This document shows, one piece after another, positions 12,790 to 24,564 of a stretch of 64,000 bases of DNA; position 1 is the first letter of the stretch, and every line of letters begins with the position of its first letter. This DNA comes from Octopus vulgaris (taxonomy: Eukaryota): the NCBI GenBank assembly GCA_951406725.2, contig OX597819.1, forward strand, positions 72,168,001 to 72,232,000. Reading direction: 5' to 3'. The position numbers and the translations under genes were made by a program. Under the pieces are notes generated by a model. It was given only the letters and a program-made list of their open reading frames with translations, made no database searches and was not told where the DNA came from.

Positions 12790-13200
12790 GGAGAATTGCG
12801 AGGAAAGAGTTTTCAGGTACCTCTCCTATGCAGTCCGACAACCGCCATTAGATTTTCCCGATCTATTCCCAAACTAAGACTATGCAATATTACGCAACCG
12901 TCTCGTTCTTGGTCTACTCCCTCCGTCTCCTGCCAATTGGCTTGCCTTCAAGAATCTGTCTTCCGAGTCTTCCTTGCAACATTCTAATCATGTTTGTGTG
13001 GTGCTGAGGTGGTGATCTTTCCATTAGGAGAAGGAACGGTTCAACCTGCAGAAAATCACTCATCTCTTTACTATGCCTCTTGAAATGGTAGTGATTCTTC
13101 TTCTCCAGATTAATCCTGGTATTCATTATTGCAGTGTAAATTTGTAATTTGGTGCGGTCCTGCTCTGATGGAGCGATACTTTTTGCTTCTTATACAATAT
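12790..13200 (-). mobile_element. Highly decayed LINE 3' fragment (RTE-like)
   Basis: GRLGRQILEGKPIGRRRR resembles the RTE ORF C-terminal motif IL-G---G-R-RGRP. Confidence 0.45.
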
Positions 13201-13328
13201 AACTTGAATATGCCTAATACAGTTCTATATTTAAGAGATGAGGAATTATGTACATTTGACGGATATTTGTCCTAATCTTGTTTGTTGTTAATACAACGTT
13301 TCGGCTGATATACCCTCCATACTCTACA

Positions 13329-13383
13329 TGGCGTAGTGGTTAAGAGCGCGGACTACTAACCCCACGATTCTGAGTTCAATTCC
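13329..13383 (+). promoter_or_regulatory. tRNA-like internal Pol III promoter (A and B boxes)
   Basis: TGGCGTAGTGG (A box) and GAGTTCAATTCC (B box) at tRNA spacing; 7-nt anticodon-like loop CTACTAA. Confidence 0.7.
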
Positions 13384-13418
13384 AGGCAGTCACCTGAATG
13401 ATAATAATAAAAATAATA

Positions 13419-13597
13419 CTCTTTTACTTGTTTCAGACATTTGACTGCAGCCAAGGTGGAGTACTACCTTTAGTCGAACAAATCGACCCCAGGACTTATT
13501 CTTTGTAAGCCTAGTACTTATTCTATCGGTCTCTTTATGAGACCGCTAAGTTATGGGGACGTAAACACAGACATACAAACATATACACACACATACG

Positions 13598-13640
<43 letters not shown>

Positions 13641-13802
13641 GCATACGACGGGCTTTTTTCAGTTTTCGTCTACCAAATCCACTCACAAGGCTTTGGTCAC
13701 CCCGAGGCTATAGTAGAAGACACTTGCCCAAGGTGCCACGCAGTGGGACTGAACCATGTGGTTGGAAAGCAAGCTACTTACCACACAGCTATTCCTGCGC
13801 CT
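13419..13802 (-). mobile_element. CORE-type SINE nested in the (TAA)n linker of the hammerhead element
   Basis: Full-length reverse-complement match to 16902-17330. Confidence 0.92.
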
Positions 13803-13865
13803 AATAATAATAATAACATTGAAAAATACCTTAGGAATGAGAACCCAAGTTCGAAATTTCCCCAA

Positions 13866-13911
13866 GACACCTGATGAAGGCTGGAAAGTATATCAGCCGA
13901 AACGTTGTGTT
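13866..13911 (+). ncRNA. Minimal type I hammerhead ribozyme
   Basis: GACAC-CTGATGA-A-GGCTG(GAAAGTATAT)CAGCC-GAAA-CG-TT-GTGTT: stem I, intact core, 5-bp stem II, ACGT palindromic stem III, GUU cleavage triplet. Confidence 0.8.
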
Positions 13912-14184
13912 AAAAACAAACAAGATGAGGACAAATATCCATCAAATGTAAATAATGTAAACAATGAATATGCCTGTTGGTCGGCCAACAACCATAGTAG
14001 AAGATACTCCCTCAAAGCACCGCGCAATGGGGCTGAACGCAAAGGCACGGGGTTGCAAATCGAGCTTGTTAATTACACGATTTTCGTTTTCGTTTTTCGT
14101 TTCAGCTATGGGGTTCTTAGCCTTGGTCTCAAATTTTGGTCCCCAAGATCAACAACTTTGGCGAAAGGTTAAGTCGACCAGTAT

Positions 14185-14330
14185 TCAAATGTTACTAATT
14201 TTTTCGACCCCGAAAGGATCAAAGGTAAAGTCGACCTCGACGGAATTTGAACTCAGAACGTAAAAGACGGACAAAATGCCGTCAAAGCATTTTTCCCGGC
14301 GCGCTAACGATTCTGCCAGCTCTCCGCCTT
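14185..14330 (-). mobile_element. Second SINE family copy
   Basis: TCGACCCCGAAAGGAT...GTCGACCTCGACGGAATTTGAACTCAGAACG...CTGCCAGCTCTCCGCC. Confidence 0.8.
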
Positions 14331-14647
14331 ATGGCGTCCTTAATACTCGCATTCAGCTATAAAGTCTTCAGTGCTTACACAGCTTTGTCCTATTTAGTTG
14401 AACTTCATCAGAACGAGGCAGTCGTGAATTTCTTAATCATCTTATATTATTTCCTTATCAAAAGAGAGATAAAGCGGAGGGAAATAATTCAGCAGCGAGA
14501 AAGGTAGAGAAGATATATAAAAGGCATTCTACTTGCAGACTTGTCAGTGAGATATAATTGGTTTTTATTTCCATGTTGGTATTTTTAGACTGTCTGAGTC
14601 TTAGTGGAGTATTTCAAAACATTTTGAATTGAATTCATGATCGCATA

Positions 14648-14649
<2 letters not shown>

Positions 14650-14720
<71 letters not shown>

Positions 14721-14749
14721 CAGAGAGAGACAGAGAGAGACAGAGAGAC

Positions 14750-14782
<33 letters not shown>

Positions 14783-14789
14783 CAGAGAG

Positions 14790-14824
<35 letters not shown>

Positions 14825-14835
14825 TAGACAGACAG
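14650..14835. repeat. (GT)n/(GA)n/(GACA)n compound microsatellite
   Basis: Directly visible. Confidence 0.95.
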
Positions 14836-14852
14836 GAATAGGGGAGAGAGAA

Positions 14853-15155
14853 AGAGCATGGCTTAATGCTTAGGGTATTAGACGCACGAGCTTGATATCG
14901 TGGGTTCGATTCCCGGACGGAATGAACATGAGTTCTTGAGCAAAACACTTGATCTCCCTTTGCTCTGCGATCACTGTGGTACCTGAGGCGTGGCACAGAG
15001 TGCATCTGTACAAGCGACATGGATTCGGTGGAGGGCGGGAGTTCGTGTATAGCGTGAGCATTAATTAGATGACAATAAAATAAACCATTTGTGCAACTTG
15101 TTCGGCAAGAAATTGCAGAACCGCCTTTCTCGGACCCGAGAACGACAGCCATTAA
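14853..15155 (+). mobile_element. Third tRNA-derived SINE family (related fragments at ~34110-34240 + and ~51880-51995 -)
   Basis: A-box-like TGGCTTAATGCTTAG, B box GGTTCGATTCC, TTCTTGAGCAAAACACT block; GTGGCACA..GTGCA.CTGTACA shared with ~34125. Confidence 0.6.
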
Positions 15156-15169
15156 TAACCAATGTGTGT

Positions 15170-15234
<65 letters not shown>

Positions 15235-15344
15235 CGTTTGTGTGTGTGTGTGGAGGTGGAGGTTAACTTATTTTAATGCATTCTGTGCGAACTGCAGTGA
15301 AGAGACGGGAGATATTTGTGGTACTTCTGGTTTGTAACAGTGTT

Positions 15345-15384
15345 GCTATTATTAATAGCATTATTATTATTATTATCATTATTA

Positions 15385-15427
<43 letters not shown>

Positions 15428-15444
15428 CATCATCATCATCATTA

Positions 15445-15514
<70 letters not shown>

Positions 15515-15531
15515 CATCGTCATCATCATTA

Positions 15532-15574
<43 letters not shown>

Positions 15575-15585
15575 CATCATCATTA

Positions 15586-15631
<46 letters not shown>

Positions 15632-15658
15632 CATTATTATTATTACTATTATTATTAT
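15345..15658. repeat. (TAT)n/(CAT)n microsatellite with higher-order units
   Basis: Directly visible. Confidence 0.97.
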
Positions 15659-16464
15659 GGCTTGTGAAATGAGGTGTATTTATTTTGCATGTTTTAAGAA
15701 CTGGTGTTGCCTGTATTAAATGGAAAAACACAACTTATGTTATTGGCATTGGTGCTGTTGTTGGTGTTGTTGTTTATGTTCGTCCCATCACCTCGCGCGT
15801 TTAAATTATTCGTTTTCTTTTTTTCTTGGCGTGGTTGTTCTTGTTACTGCTAATGGTGATGGTGGTGGTGGGGTGGGGTGGTCTCCTTCTTGTCACTGCT
15901 GTCACTATGACTGTTACGAATACCAGTCATTGCTTCGTTGCTTCTATTTATGTTACCGTACTCAGAACTTGCGCTGTCCACACCTCGTCTAGCAGAACTA
16001 TACGAATTTTTCAACTGTTGCTCTCCTTTCTTTTACAATTTTTAATCCCCTCCTCTTTATGCTACGATTCAACAAAACGTACACCACATACACGTATACA
16101 AATATGTGTGTGTGTGTGTGTGTATGTGTGTGTGTGTGTGTGTGCGTGTGTATGTGTGTGTGTGTGTTCATCATTTTTTCAGTCTGTAACGAAATTGCTA
16201 AGATTTGCCCTGTTTATAATCATACCATATGTTACATATTTATTATATCATACCTTGATAAAGTGTAGAATGTTAAACACTTTCGGTATGCAAATTAGGG
16301 GCTCCTTCATAGAGTAACTGCTGCATTTGTTGGGTATATAAACAGTTTGGCTACATGCTTCCATGGAGATTGTCAAAATGATGTGAACACCTCTGATAAA
16401 AATCCAATAAGGTTCGAAAATCGTTTAAGGTTGTTCATCATTTTTTTTTTTTTTTACAGTCTGC

Positions 16465-16750
16465 GGAGAAATGGCTAAAATTTGATTAGAGCGTCGAGCT
16501 CACAATCATGAGGTAGTGAGTACGATTCCCGGACTGTGTGTTGTTCCAATTCACTCAGCTGTAGAAATGAGTTGCAACATCACTGGTGCCAAGCTGTATC
16601 GGTCTTTCCCTTGGATAACATCGGTGGTGTGCAGAGGGGTGGCAGGTATGCATGGGCGACTGCTGGTCTTCCATAAACAACCTTGTCCGGCCTTGTGCCT
16701 CGGAAGGTAACTTTCCCAATGAGACGCGAAGAGAGTCTCCACCCTTACAC
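16465..16750 (+). mobile_element. tRNA-derived SINE, decayed
   Basis: TGGCT...TTAGAGCG head, GAGTACGATTCC B-box-like motif, CACTCAGCTGTAGAAATGAGT block. Confidence 0.55.
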
Positions 16751-16901
16751 AAATGTATGTGTGTGGAATATAACCGCGTTTCATTCTTCATGGTTATAAC
16801 GAAGAGAAATACTTCACAAAACATGTCCGTTCTTTCGGGTGAGAAAAAAAAACAGGAAAATATTCTTTAAACAAACATAAAGACAAAGATTCTCCACTAA
16901 A

Positions 16902-17074
16902 TAGGCGCAGGAGTGGCTGTGTGGTAAGTAGCTTGCTTACCAACCACATGGTTCCGGGTTCAGTCCCACTGCGTGGCACTTTGGGCAAGTGTCTTCTTCT
17001 ATAGCTTCGGGCCGACCAAATCCTTGTGAGTGGATTTGGTAGACGGAAACTGAAAGAAGCCTGTCGTGTATATG

Positions 17075-17122
<48 letters not shown>

Positions 17123-17330
17123 CGTGTGTTTGACCCCGCCCCAAATCGCTTGACAACCGATGCTGGTGTGTTCATGTCCCCGTAACTTAGCGGTTCGGCA
17201 AAAGGGAAAGATAGAACAAGTACTAGGCTTACAAAGAATAAGTCCTGGGGTCGATTTGCTCGACTAAAGGCGGTGCTCCAGCATGGCCGCAGTCAAATGA
17301 CTGAAACTAGTAAAAGAGTAAAAGAGTAAA
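16902..17330 (+). mobile_element. CORE-type tRNA-derived SINE, full-length reference copy
   Basis: GGCGCAGGAGTGGCTGTGTGGTAAG...GGTTCAGTCCC head, TTGGGCAAGTGTCTT CORE-like block, internal (TA/TG)n, LINE-like 3' end GGCGGTGCTCCAGCATGGCC, (TAAAAGAG)n tail; about a dozen full or partial copies in the window. Confidence 0.92.
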
Positions 17331-18032
17331 GGGTAAATATTTTAACATCCCACCACACTCACACACTCACTCACACACACACATGCACGCGCGCGCGCGC
17401 ATACACAAATACATGCAAAAGTATAAGCTACTTTGTGTATAAACACTGTCATACACACAATCTCGTCATCTCCCTCTCTTTTCTTTCTATCTCTCTTTCT
17501 TTCGCACCCTCTCCCTCTCTATCGCACACACATACACACAAACATTCACGCAGACATGCACACATATAATACCTTGTATATGTACATGTCATACAAACAT
17601 TCTTACCTTCTTTCTATCTATCTCCTTCTCAATCCTTCTTCTCTCTCTCTTTCTCCTCGCTCCATTTCCCTGTCACTCTTACCTTCCCTCTCTTTCCCTC
17701 TCGCTGTGTCTCCTTCCCTTTAACACTCCCTCTCTCTGCCCCTTCTCACTCTCTATTTCGTCCTCTGTCTTACACACTCACATACATACATGCATACATA
17801 CATACACATAGATACATGCATACATACATACATTCTTACATACATACATACATACATACAATTATACACACACATACATTCATACATACATACATACATA
17901 CTGTATACATACAGATATACCGTATACATATACAAATGCCATGACAAGCGCGTAAGGTGAGCCATTAAATATCACATTTATACAACGTATAAAACTTCTT
18001 ATAAAACCGCTGCTACTCACTGACACTGGAAG

Positions 18033-18142
18033 TAACAACTTTATTCGATCGTGAATCTGTGTTCGAGTGTGTGTTTGGCTGTATGATAACAACTTTATTC
18101 GATCGTGAATCTGTGTGCGAGTGTGTGTTTGGCTGTATGATA
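18033..18142. repeat. 54-bp tandem duplication
   Basis: TAACAACTTTATTCGATCGTGAATCTGTG...GCTGTATGA occurs twice. Confidence 0.9.
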
Positions 18143-18482
18143 TGAAAATATCAATCTAAATATGTATCAAAGTATATATGTATATATACGTGGGCGTATG
18201 ATATGAATACGTTTATGTGTGGGGGGAGGGTTTGTGTGAGTATATGCTATTAATGTATCTCTGTGTGTGAGTTTATTCCGAACGAATACGCACGGTGGAA
18301 TATACAATAAAACTCGAGGCCAAAATAGATTTATCATAATTTTCATTTCTTCAAAGCACATGTGTACAGAAGCGTAGGGAGACGTGACGTACTGGCTTAC
18401 CAACAAGGAATTATACGTATATACATGCAGACAGACTCATACACTATATATTTACATTCAGTGTGCACGTAGGTATGTAAAT

Positions 18483-18551
<69 letters not shown>

Positions 18552-18775
18552 AGAGAAAGAAAGAGTGAGGCAGACAGACAGACAAACAGAAAAGATTGCT
18601 GTTCGTCCGATTACCATTGAAAACCAACTCATTGTTGAAACCGGTATGGTATTTTAATAAATTCTTATAAAACATCTTTAAACAATAATTTCTTTTTAGA
18701 CACAGGGGTGCATTTTAAACCCCACCCTATAAAGTAATCTCTTCCATGTTTGTGTGTATATATGTATATATATAT

Positions 18776-19055
18776 ATTAGAAAAAAACACTTTTATCAAT
18801 TCAATAATGAAAAATTCAATTATACCATCTAGAAAATTACATATTATAGAAAGATTAAATATAAGATAAAACGTATATATTTGGTATATATACCAAATAT
18901 ATACGTTTTATTTATTTATCTTATTTATTATTTTGCACATTATTTAATCATCGTTATATGTTTTATCTTATATTTAATCTTTCTATATTATGTAATTTTC
19001 TAGATGGTATAATTTAATTTTACATTATTGAATTGATAAAAGGTGTTTTTTTCTA

Positions 19056-19057
<2 letters not shown>
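18776..19057. repeat. AT-rich foldback between (TA)n tracts
   Basis: ~100-bp inverted arms plus an internal perfect palindrome at ~18866-18911. Confidence 0.85.
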
Positions 19058-19110
<53 letters not shown>

Positions 19111-19210
19111 TTTGTGAAATTTGACTTAGTATTTCTAAATTGAATTTTTCCCTGTAAGTTTGGAATAATATTCCCTCATATTATCATTATATATATATAT
19201 ATATATATAT

Positions 19211-19976
19211 ATTCACATGAGTGATGACGCGACCTTTCATGTACATGTTGCTAAACTGGCAATGAAATGTAGACGGCTGGCCGGATGGATTCTTAGAACC
19301 TTTAGAACAAGAGAACAAGAAACCATGATGGTCCTCTGGAAGACACTTGTCCTAAGCCACTTTGACTATTGCTCTCAGCTATGGTCACCATCCAGTGTCA
19401 AGTTGATCACAGAACTTGAGGCGATCCAACGAAGCTACACGAAGAAGATAGCCTCTGTGCAGCATATAAGCTACTGGGAAAGACTCAAGAGATTAAAACT
19501 CTACTCCTTGGAGCGTAGGCGAGAAAGATATGCCATAATATATATCTGGAAGATCCTGGAAGGACTTGTCCCAAGCTTTGGCATCGAGAGTCACACAAAT
19601 GCCAGAACCGGGCGCCACTGCGTGGTACCAAGGACTCCAAATTTGCCATCAAGATGTAGGACAAGATACTGTGATAGCCTGGGCTTCAGAGGCCCACAGC
19701 TCTTCAATATCCTCCCGAAGAACCTGAGGGACCTGCATGGTGTAGATGCGGATGTCTTTAAAGTAGGACTGGATCTCTTCCTGTCAGGTGTCCCGGATGA
19801 ACCAACTTCACGGCAGGAGGTGCAGATGAAGGCAGCTGCATCGAACTCTCTCATGCACCAAATGGCAGTTGCTAAAAAGCATTCGTGAGGTAAAATCATG
19901 TAGCAAACCAAATGGCGGTGCCCCAGCATGGCCACAACTCATGAGCTGAAACTGGAAAAATCAAAATCAAATCAAA

Positions 19977-19980
<4 letters not shown>
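19211..19980 (+). mobile_element. 5'-truncated CR1/L2-group LINE (ORF2 C-terminus, 223-aa open frame)
   Basis: LSHFDYCSQLWSP...LYSLERRRERY motifs; 3' stem-loop and (AAATC)n tail; (TA)n on both sides. Confidence 0.9.
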
Positions 19981-20010
<30 letters not shown>

Positions 20011-20018
<8 letters not shown>

Positions 20019-20439
20019 TAATACAGGGTTTTTTTGCAACAAATTGCTTAAACCACATACCGAAAATATTAGAAATAGCAGTCAAAGGGCTACCGTTTCT
20101 ATTACTACAAAAATAAGCCTCCACAAACAACAGTATTTGTAACTCATATAAGGTTAAAAAAAAAGAAGGAAAACCACGAAACCACACAGTCTACTGGATT
20201 AATTATGGACGATCGTTTCTGGATTAGAATCGTAAAGTTCATTTCCTTATCAACATAATATTTCCCATAAATCTAGAAATGCTAGATTCTTCTTTTGCCA
20301 TATATGAGTTACAAATACTGTTGTGTGTGGAGGCTTATTTTTGTAGTAATAGAAATGGTAGTCCTTTGACTGCTATTTCTAATATTTTCGGTATGTGGTT
20401 TAAGCAACTTGTTGCAAAAAAACCCTTATTATAATTATA
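20011..20439. mobile_element. PLE-type foldback with a hammerhead in the spacer
   Basis: Arms 20011-20150 and 20301-20439 are reverse complements; HHR at 20202-20259. Confidence 0.75.
20202..20259 (-). ncRNA. Type I hammerhead motif, U3-A8 core variant
   Basis: Minus strand: ATTATG-TTGATAA-GGA...TCC-A-GAAA-CGATCG-TC-CATAAT; 6-bp stem I, GUC triplet, imperfect stem II. Confidence 0.65.
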
Positions 20440-20538
20440 TAAATTTTTACCGAATATGGTCCTTTCCATACCGAAATACTACTAGGTGAAATTTATTGAT
20501 TTTATTAAATTAATTATATTTCACCCTTTATCTATCTA

Positions 20539-20634
<96 letters not shown>

Positions 20635-21630
20635 TATAAACATATACATACATATATACATGTATATATGTATATATGCATGCATGTGTGTACTTATATA
20701 TGTATGTATACATATATATCTAGGGATGCATCTATGTATGTATGTATGCGTGTATGTATATATTTAAGTATGTATATATGTTTGTATACATACACAAACA
20801 CATATATGTTTGTGTGCGTGTGTATATGTGTGTATCCTCCATATGAGCAAATACTAATAAGTCAATATAAAAAAAAGCTATTTTCTGTGATTGGACATAA
20901 ATGTCTGTTTAAATAGTAACATAAGAAAGCCTGTATGAAGTTGTGATAGTCATTCATTTTCCAGTGATATTCATGTCATAAGCGAACTGGTAGACCTTAA
21001 GCAGCTTTAGATATGTAAGAGAAATGAATTTAGGTTTAATCTCCTCACTAAATAGGCATTAAGCCACGTAAAGGAAGCTTTATCGACTCAGATTTGAAAC
21101 TGAGTCCTAAACCTGATTTACTGAAACTTGTTGTCTCTTGTTCTACAAGCTGTACAATTAATGAAATAATTACTAACAGGTGTATTATTAACTCGATTTA
21201 ATTACATGTGAAGAATACAATGAAAACACCCACACACCCAGACACAGACATCTTTTTATCTTCGTACTTCCCTCAACCCACCACCATTATATGTACATAT
21301 GTGTATGTATATGTATGTATATATATATATATACATACATACACATACATATATATACATATATATATATATATATGCATATATATCTATGTGTATATTT
21401 ATATACATATATCTAGATGCGTTCATATATGTATATATATAAGACGCATATATACACACACAGACGTATATATATAAACACACACATGTATATATATGCA
21501 TACGTACATACATGTACATAATACATACGTCCATACCTACATATATAAATATACATATATATATACATATATATATATATACACACACATAGATATACCT
21601 AAAGATATAATATTTGTATATATATGTATA

Positions 21631-21675
<45 letters not shown>

Positions 21676-22244
21676 GCGTGCGTGCGTGTGTGTGAGTTTA
21701 TATATATATTCCTAATGTTCTTCTATCCCATGATGTTTGTTCCCACCGCTACTCTCTCGTTCACATCTTCTTCCCTCCACCTTCCCTCCTTCCTCTTCTT
21801 CGGAAAGAAAGAAAAAAAATTGTCCACAAACGTCATAGTGACACTTTACAGCCAATCTGAGGTAGGTCTCTTTGAAGTTGCTGTAATTGTTTTTCTCGGA
21901 GGAGAAAGGTTTAATTACAAAAGCTTCTATATTTATTAAAAGTAATTTCAATAGATGGCCCTGTTTTATAGGTTTTTCTCTTGGTTAACGTGGGAAAACT
22001 CTTCAAAGACTGAAATAACACCAGATATGTGGAGAGTTAATAATAATAGCGCCTCATAGTAAATGCCTTTCGGTTTGGTTTCCTTCTTTTATGTTGTCCA
22101 TTGAAGACTGAGCTTGGCTGTTAATCAACCATCCTGAGGCGATAGCATAAGTTACTATTTCTAATGCGAGAGACTGGCGGCCATTGCATGAAGTCGATCA
22201 ATATAAATCGAACGGTGATCAGTTATGCATACAAGCCTTTTAAT

Positions 22245-22470
22245 CTTTACTTGTTTCAGTTATTGGACTGTGGCCGTGCTGGAGGAACTGCCTTGAAGGG
22301 TGTGGTCGAACAAATCGACCACAGTAGTTATTGAAATTTGTATATTTTATTCTGGTACGTATTCTATATGTCTCTTAGCCGAACCGCAAAATTACGGTGG
22401 GGGAGGCATAAACAAACCAACACCGATTGTCTGCGATACTGGAAGAACAAAGATATACACACACATACCT
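22245..22470 (-). mobile_element. Decayed CORE-type SINE, 3' half
   Basis: TTTACTTGTTTCAGT...GTGCTGGAG...GAACAAATCGACC...GCCGAACCGC. Confidence 0.7.
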
Positions 22471-22475
22471 ACATT

Positions 22476-22521
<46 letters not shown>

Positions 22522-22583
22522 TATACATATATATATCGCTTTTGGTTTGCAAGATTCTTAATGTGAGTTCGTGTGTTGGGGCA

Positions 22584-22750
22584 TATTCTGTTGTGTATGG
22601 GGAGAGTCATTCTCTTTTGGTGCCTTATAATTTAACACAAGACGCAACGAAAATTTTAGAAAAATAAAAAAGAAATAAGTGGAAATTTTACCGGTGTGTT
22701 AAATTATAAGGCACCAAAAGAGAATGACTCTCTCCAGACACAACAGAATA
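22584..22750. repeat. Short foldback adjacent to (TA)n
   Basis: 22584-22639 is the reverse complement of 22695-22750. Confidence 0.85.
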
Positions 22751-22751
22751 C

Positions 22752-22846
<95 letters not shown>

Positions 22847-23334
22847 TATTCTTTTATGTATGTATCTATGTATATATATATGTATGTATGTATGCTCTTC
22901 TTTTTCTCTTTTGAATTTGGAGTTAATTTGGAGTTAATTTTGACCAGCTACTTGCTTCGAAGTAAGGTTACGAAGGAAAGCATCCTGTTTTATTCATCGC
23001 ACTTTAAATCTTAAGAAAGTCCTGCAGGTTTTTATAGTCCCAGATATCTTGATCATTTTGTTGTGTGTGAATTCAAGATTTGTATTCTCTCCCTCAAGAA
23101 CCCAAGTTCAGGCTGCTTAGTATGCATCATTGTTGTCCACGGGGCAGCTGCTTTCCATAACAAAGGACATCCTTTCTTTGTGATTCCACACAATATCTGG
23201 CTGATTATGTTTGAACTGAGGGACTGTTTTAACTTTTAATCTCCACCAATAGCAGTAACATTAGAAACCATGAGTGTATAACTAAGGGTTGTTTATCATG
23301 CTGAGTATCTCACTATTAGCGTGAATATGTGTCT

Positions 23335-23582
23335 CATCTTGGCTGGCGAAGTTGAACCGACAGTTCCATCGCCTGCGAACAGGACGGGATTCCATGGGCC
23401 AGAAAGAAGACGCTTACTCCTCGCCTTCGATCCCTACGGATTACCAATGTTCGACCAGCGGCAGAGCACTTCCGAGCAGGCATCGGACCGGTTGGGCATA
23501 CAACCGGACACACACCGCCCAGTCTTTTTTTCGCCCATGTGATATACTTGGTCATCATCGACAACGACGGATGAACTAACAA
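23335..23582 (+). mobile_element. RTE-clade LINE 3' end fragment
   Basis: Decayed C2H2-like YQCSTSGRAL..RH..G..NRTH and an RTE-like terminus CATCGACAACGACGGATGAACTAACAA. Confidence 0.5.
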
Positions 23583-23910
23583 ATGTCCGATGGCGCGCGC
23601 ACGCACCTGTATGAGTGTGTGTGGTGGGGTTGGAGTTGGGGTTGGTGAGATAATGGCGATCAATGACTAGGAGTTAGAGACAATACTTTTCTATACAATA
23701 ACAGTGACACCTTTGCTTCCGACATGTCACAACACAACCCGAATGAGAATCGTTGTTTGCATGTTTATAGCTGTATACAAGGCGAATACCTGTGGATGCG
23801 TGTGAGTATGTATGTGTGTTTGTACGCATGCGTGTGTATATGTGTTCTATATGTATATGCATTTATGTATTATATTTCTGTATATGTGTATGAATGTATA
23901 CATATAGTTT

Positions 23911-23945
<35 letters not shown>

Positions 23946-23947
23946 AT

Positions 23948-24228
23948 ACCAGGCCGAAACTGTCGCTGGAGGCTAGGATGAACAAGCATAGATTGGCATA
24001 TTTTGGTCATACTATGCGGAGAATGTCCCTGGAGAAGGACATCATGCTCGGAATGGTCAGTGGCAAGAGAGGAAGAGGCCGACCAAGAACCCGCTGACTT
24101 GACACCATCAAGAGTGATACCGGAATGGACATAGCCAATCTGAAAGAAGCGGCCCAGGATAGAACTGACTGGAGGACACTGATCCATCGAGTAACCGAGT
24201 AACTGATCCATCGAGTAACTGAGCGGAT
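23948..24228 (+). mobile_element. RTE-clade LINE 3' fragment
   Basis: RLAYFGHTMRRMSLEKDIMLGMVSGKRGRGRPRTR*LDTIK...AQDRTDWRTLIHRVT. Confidence 0.85.
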
Positions 24229-24252
24229 ACATAGAGTGTGTGTATACATTTA

Positions 24253-24321
<69 letters not shown>

Positions 24322-24482
24322 ATGTGTGTGTGTGTGCCTAATATATATGTGTATGCATGCATATTTGTATAAAGTTTCCATTTATGCACGCGTGTACAGG
24401 TGTGTTTATATTTGTATGCTTGTAGGTAGATATGTATGTGTATATACATATATAAATATATACACATAAATGTATGTTTTGA

Positions 24483-24562
<80 letters not shown>

Positions 24563-24564
24563 TA

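Larger units (their letters stand above)
13216..13964 (+). mobile_element. tRNA-headed, hammerhead-tailed non-autonomous element with PLE-type inverted arm, interrupted by a nested SINE
   Basis: 11-bp direct repeat TGAATATGCCT at 13205-13215 and 13965-13975; A box 13329-13339; B box 13372-13383; HHR 13866-13911; 13246-13318 is the reverse complement of ~13883-13955. Confidence 0.8.

Noticed and set aside
13329-13394. Functional tRNA gene
   Set aside because: A/B boxes are present but the acceptor and anticodon stems do not pair well and no poly-T terminator follows; it is an element head
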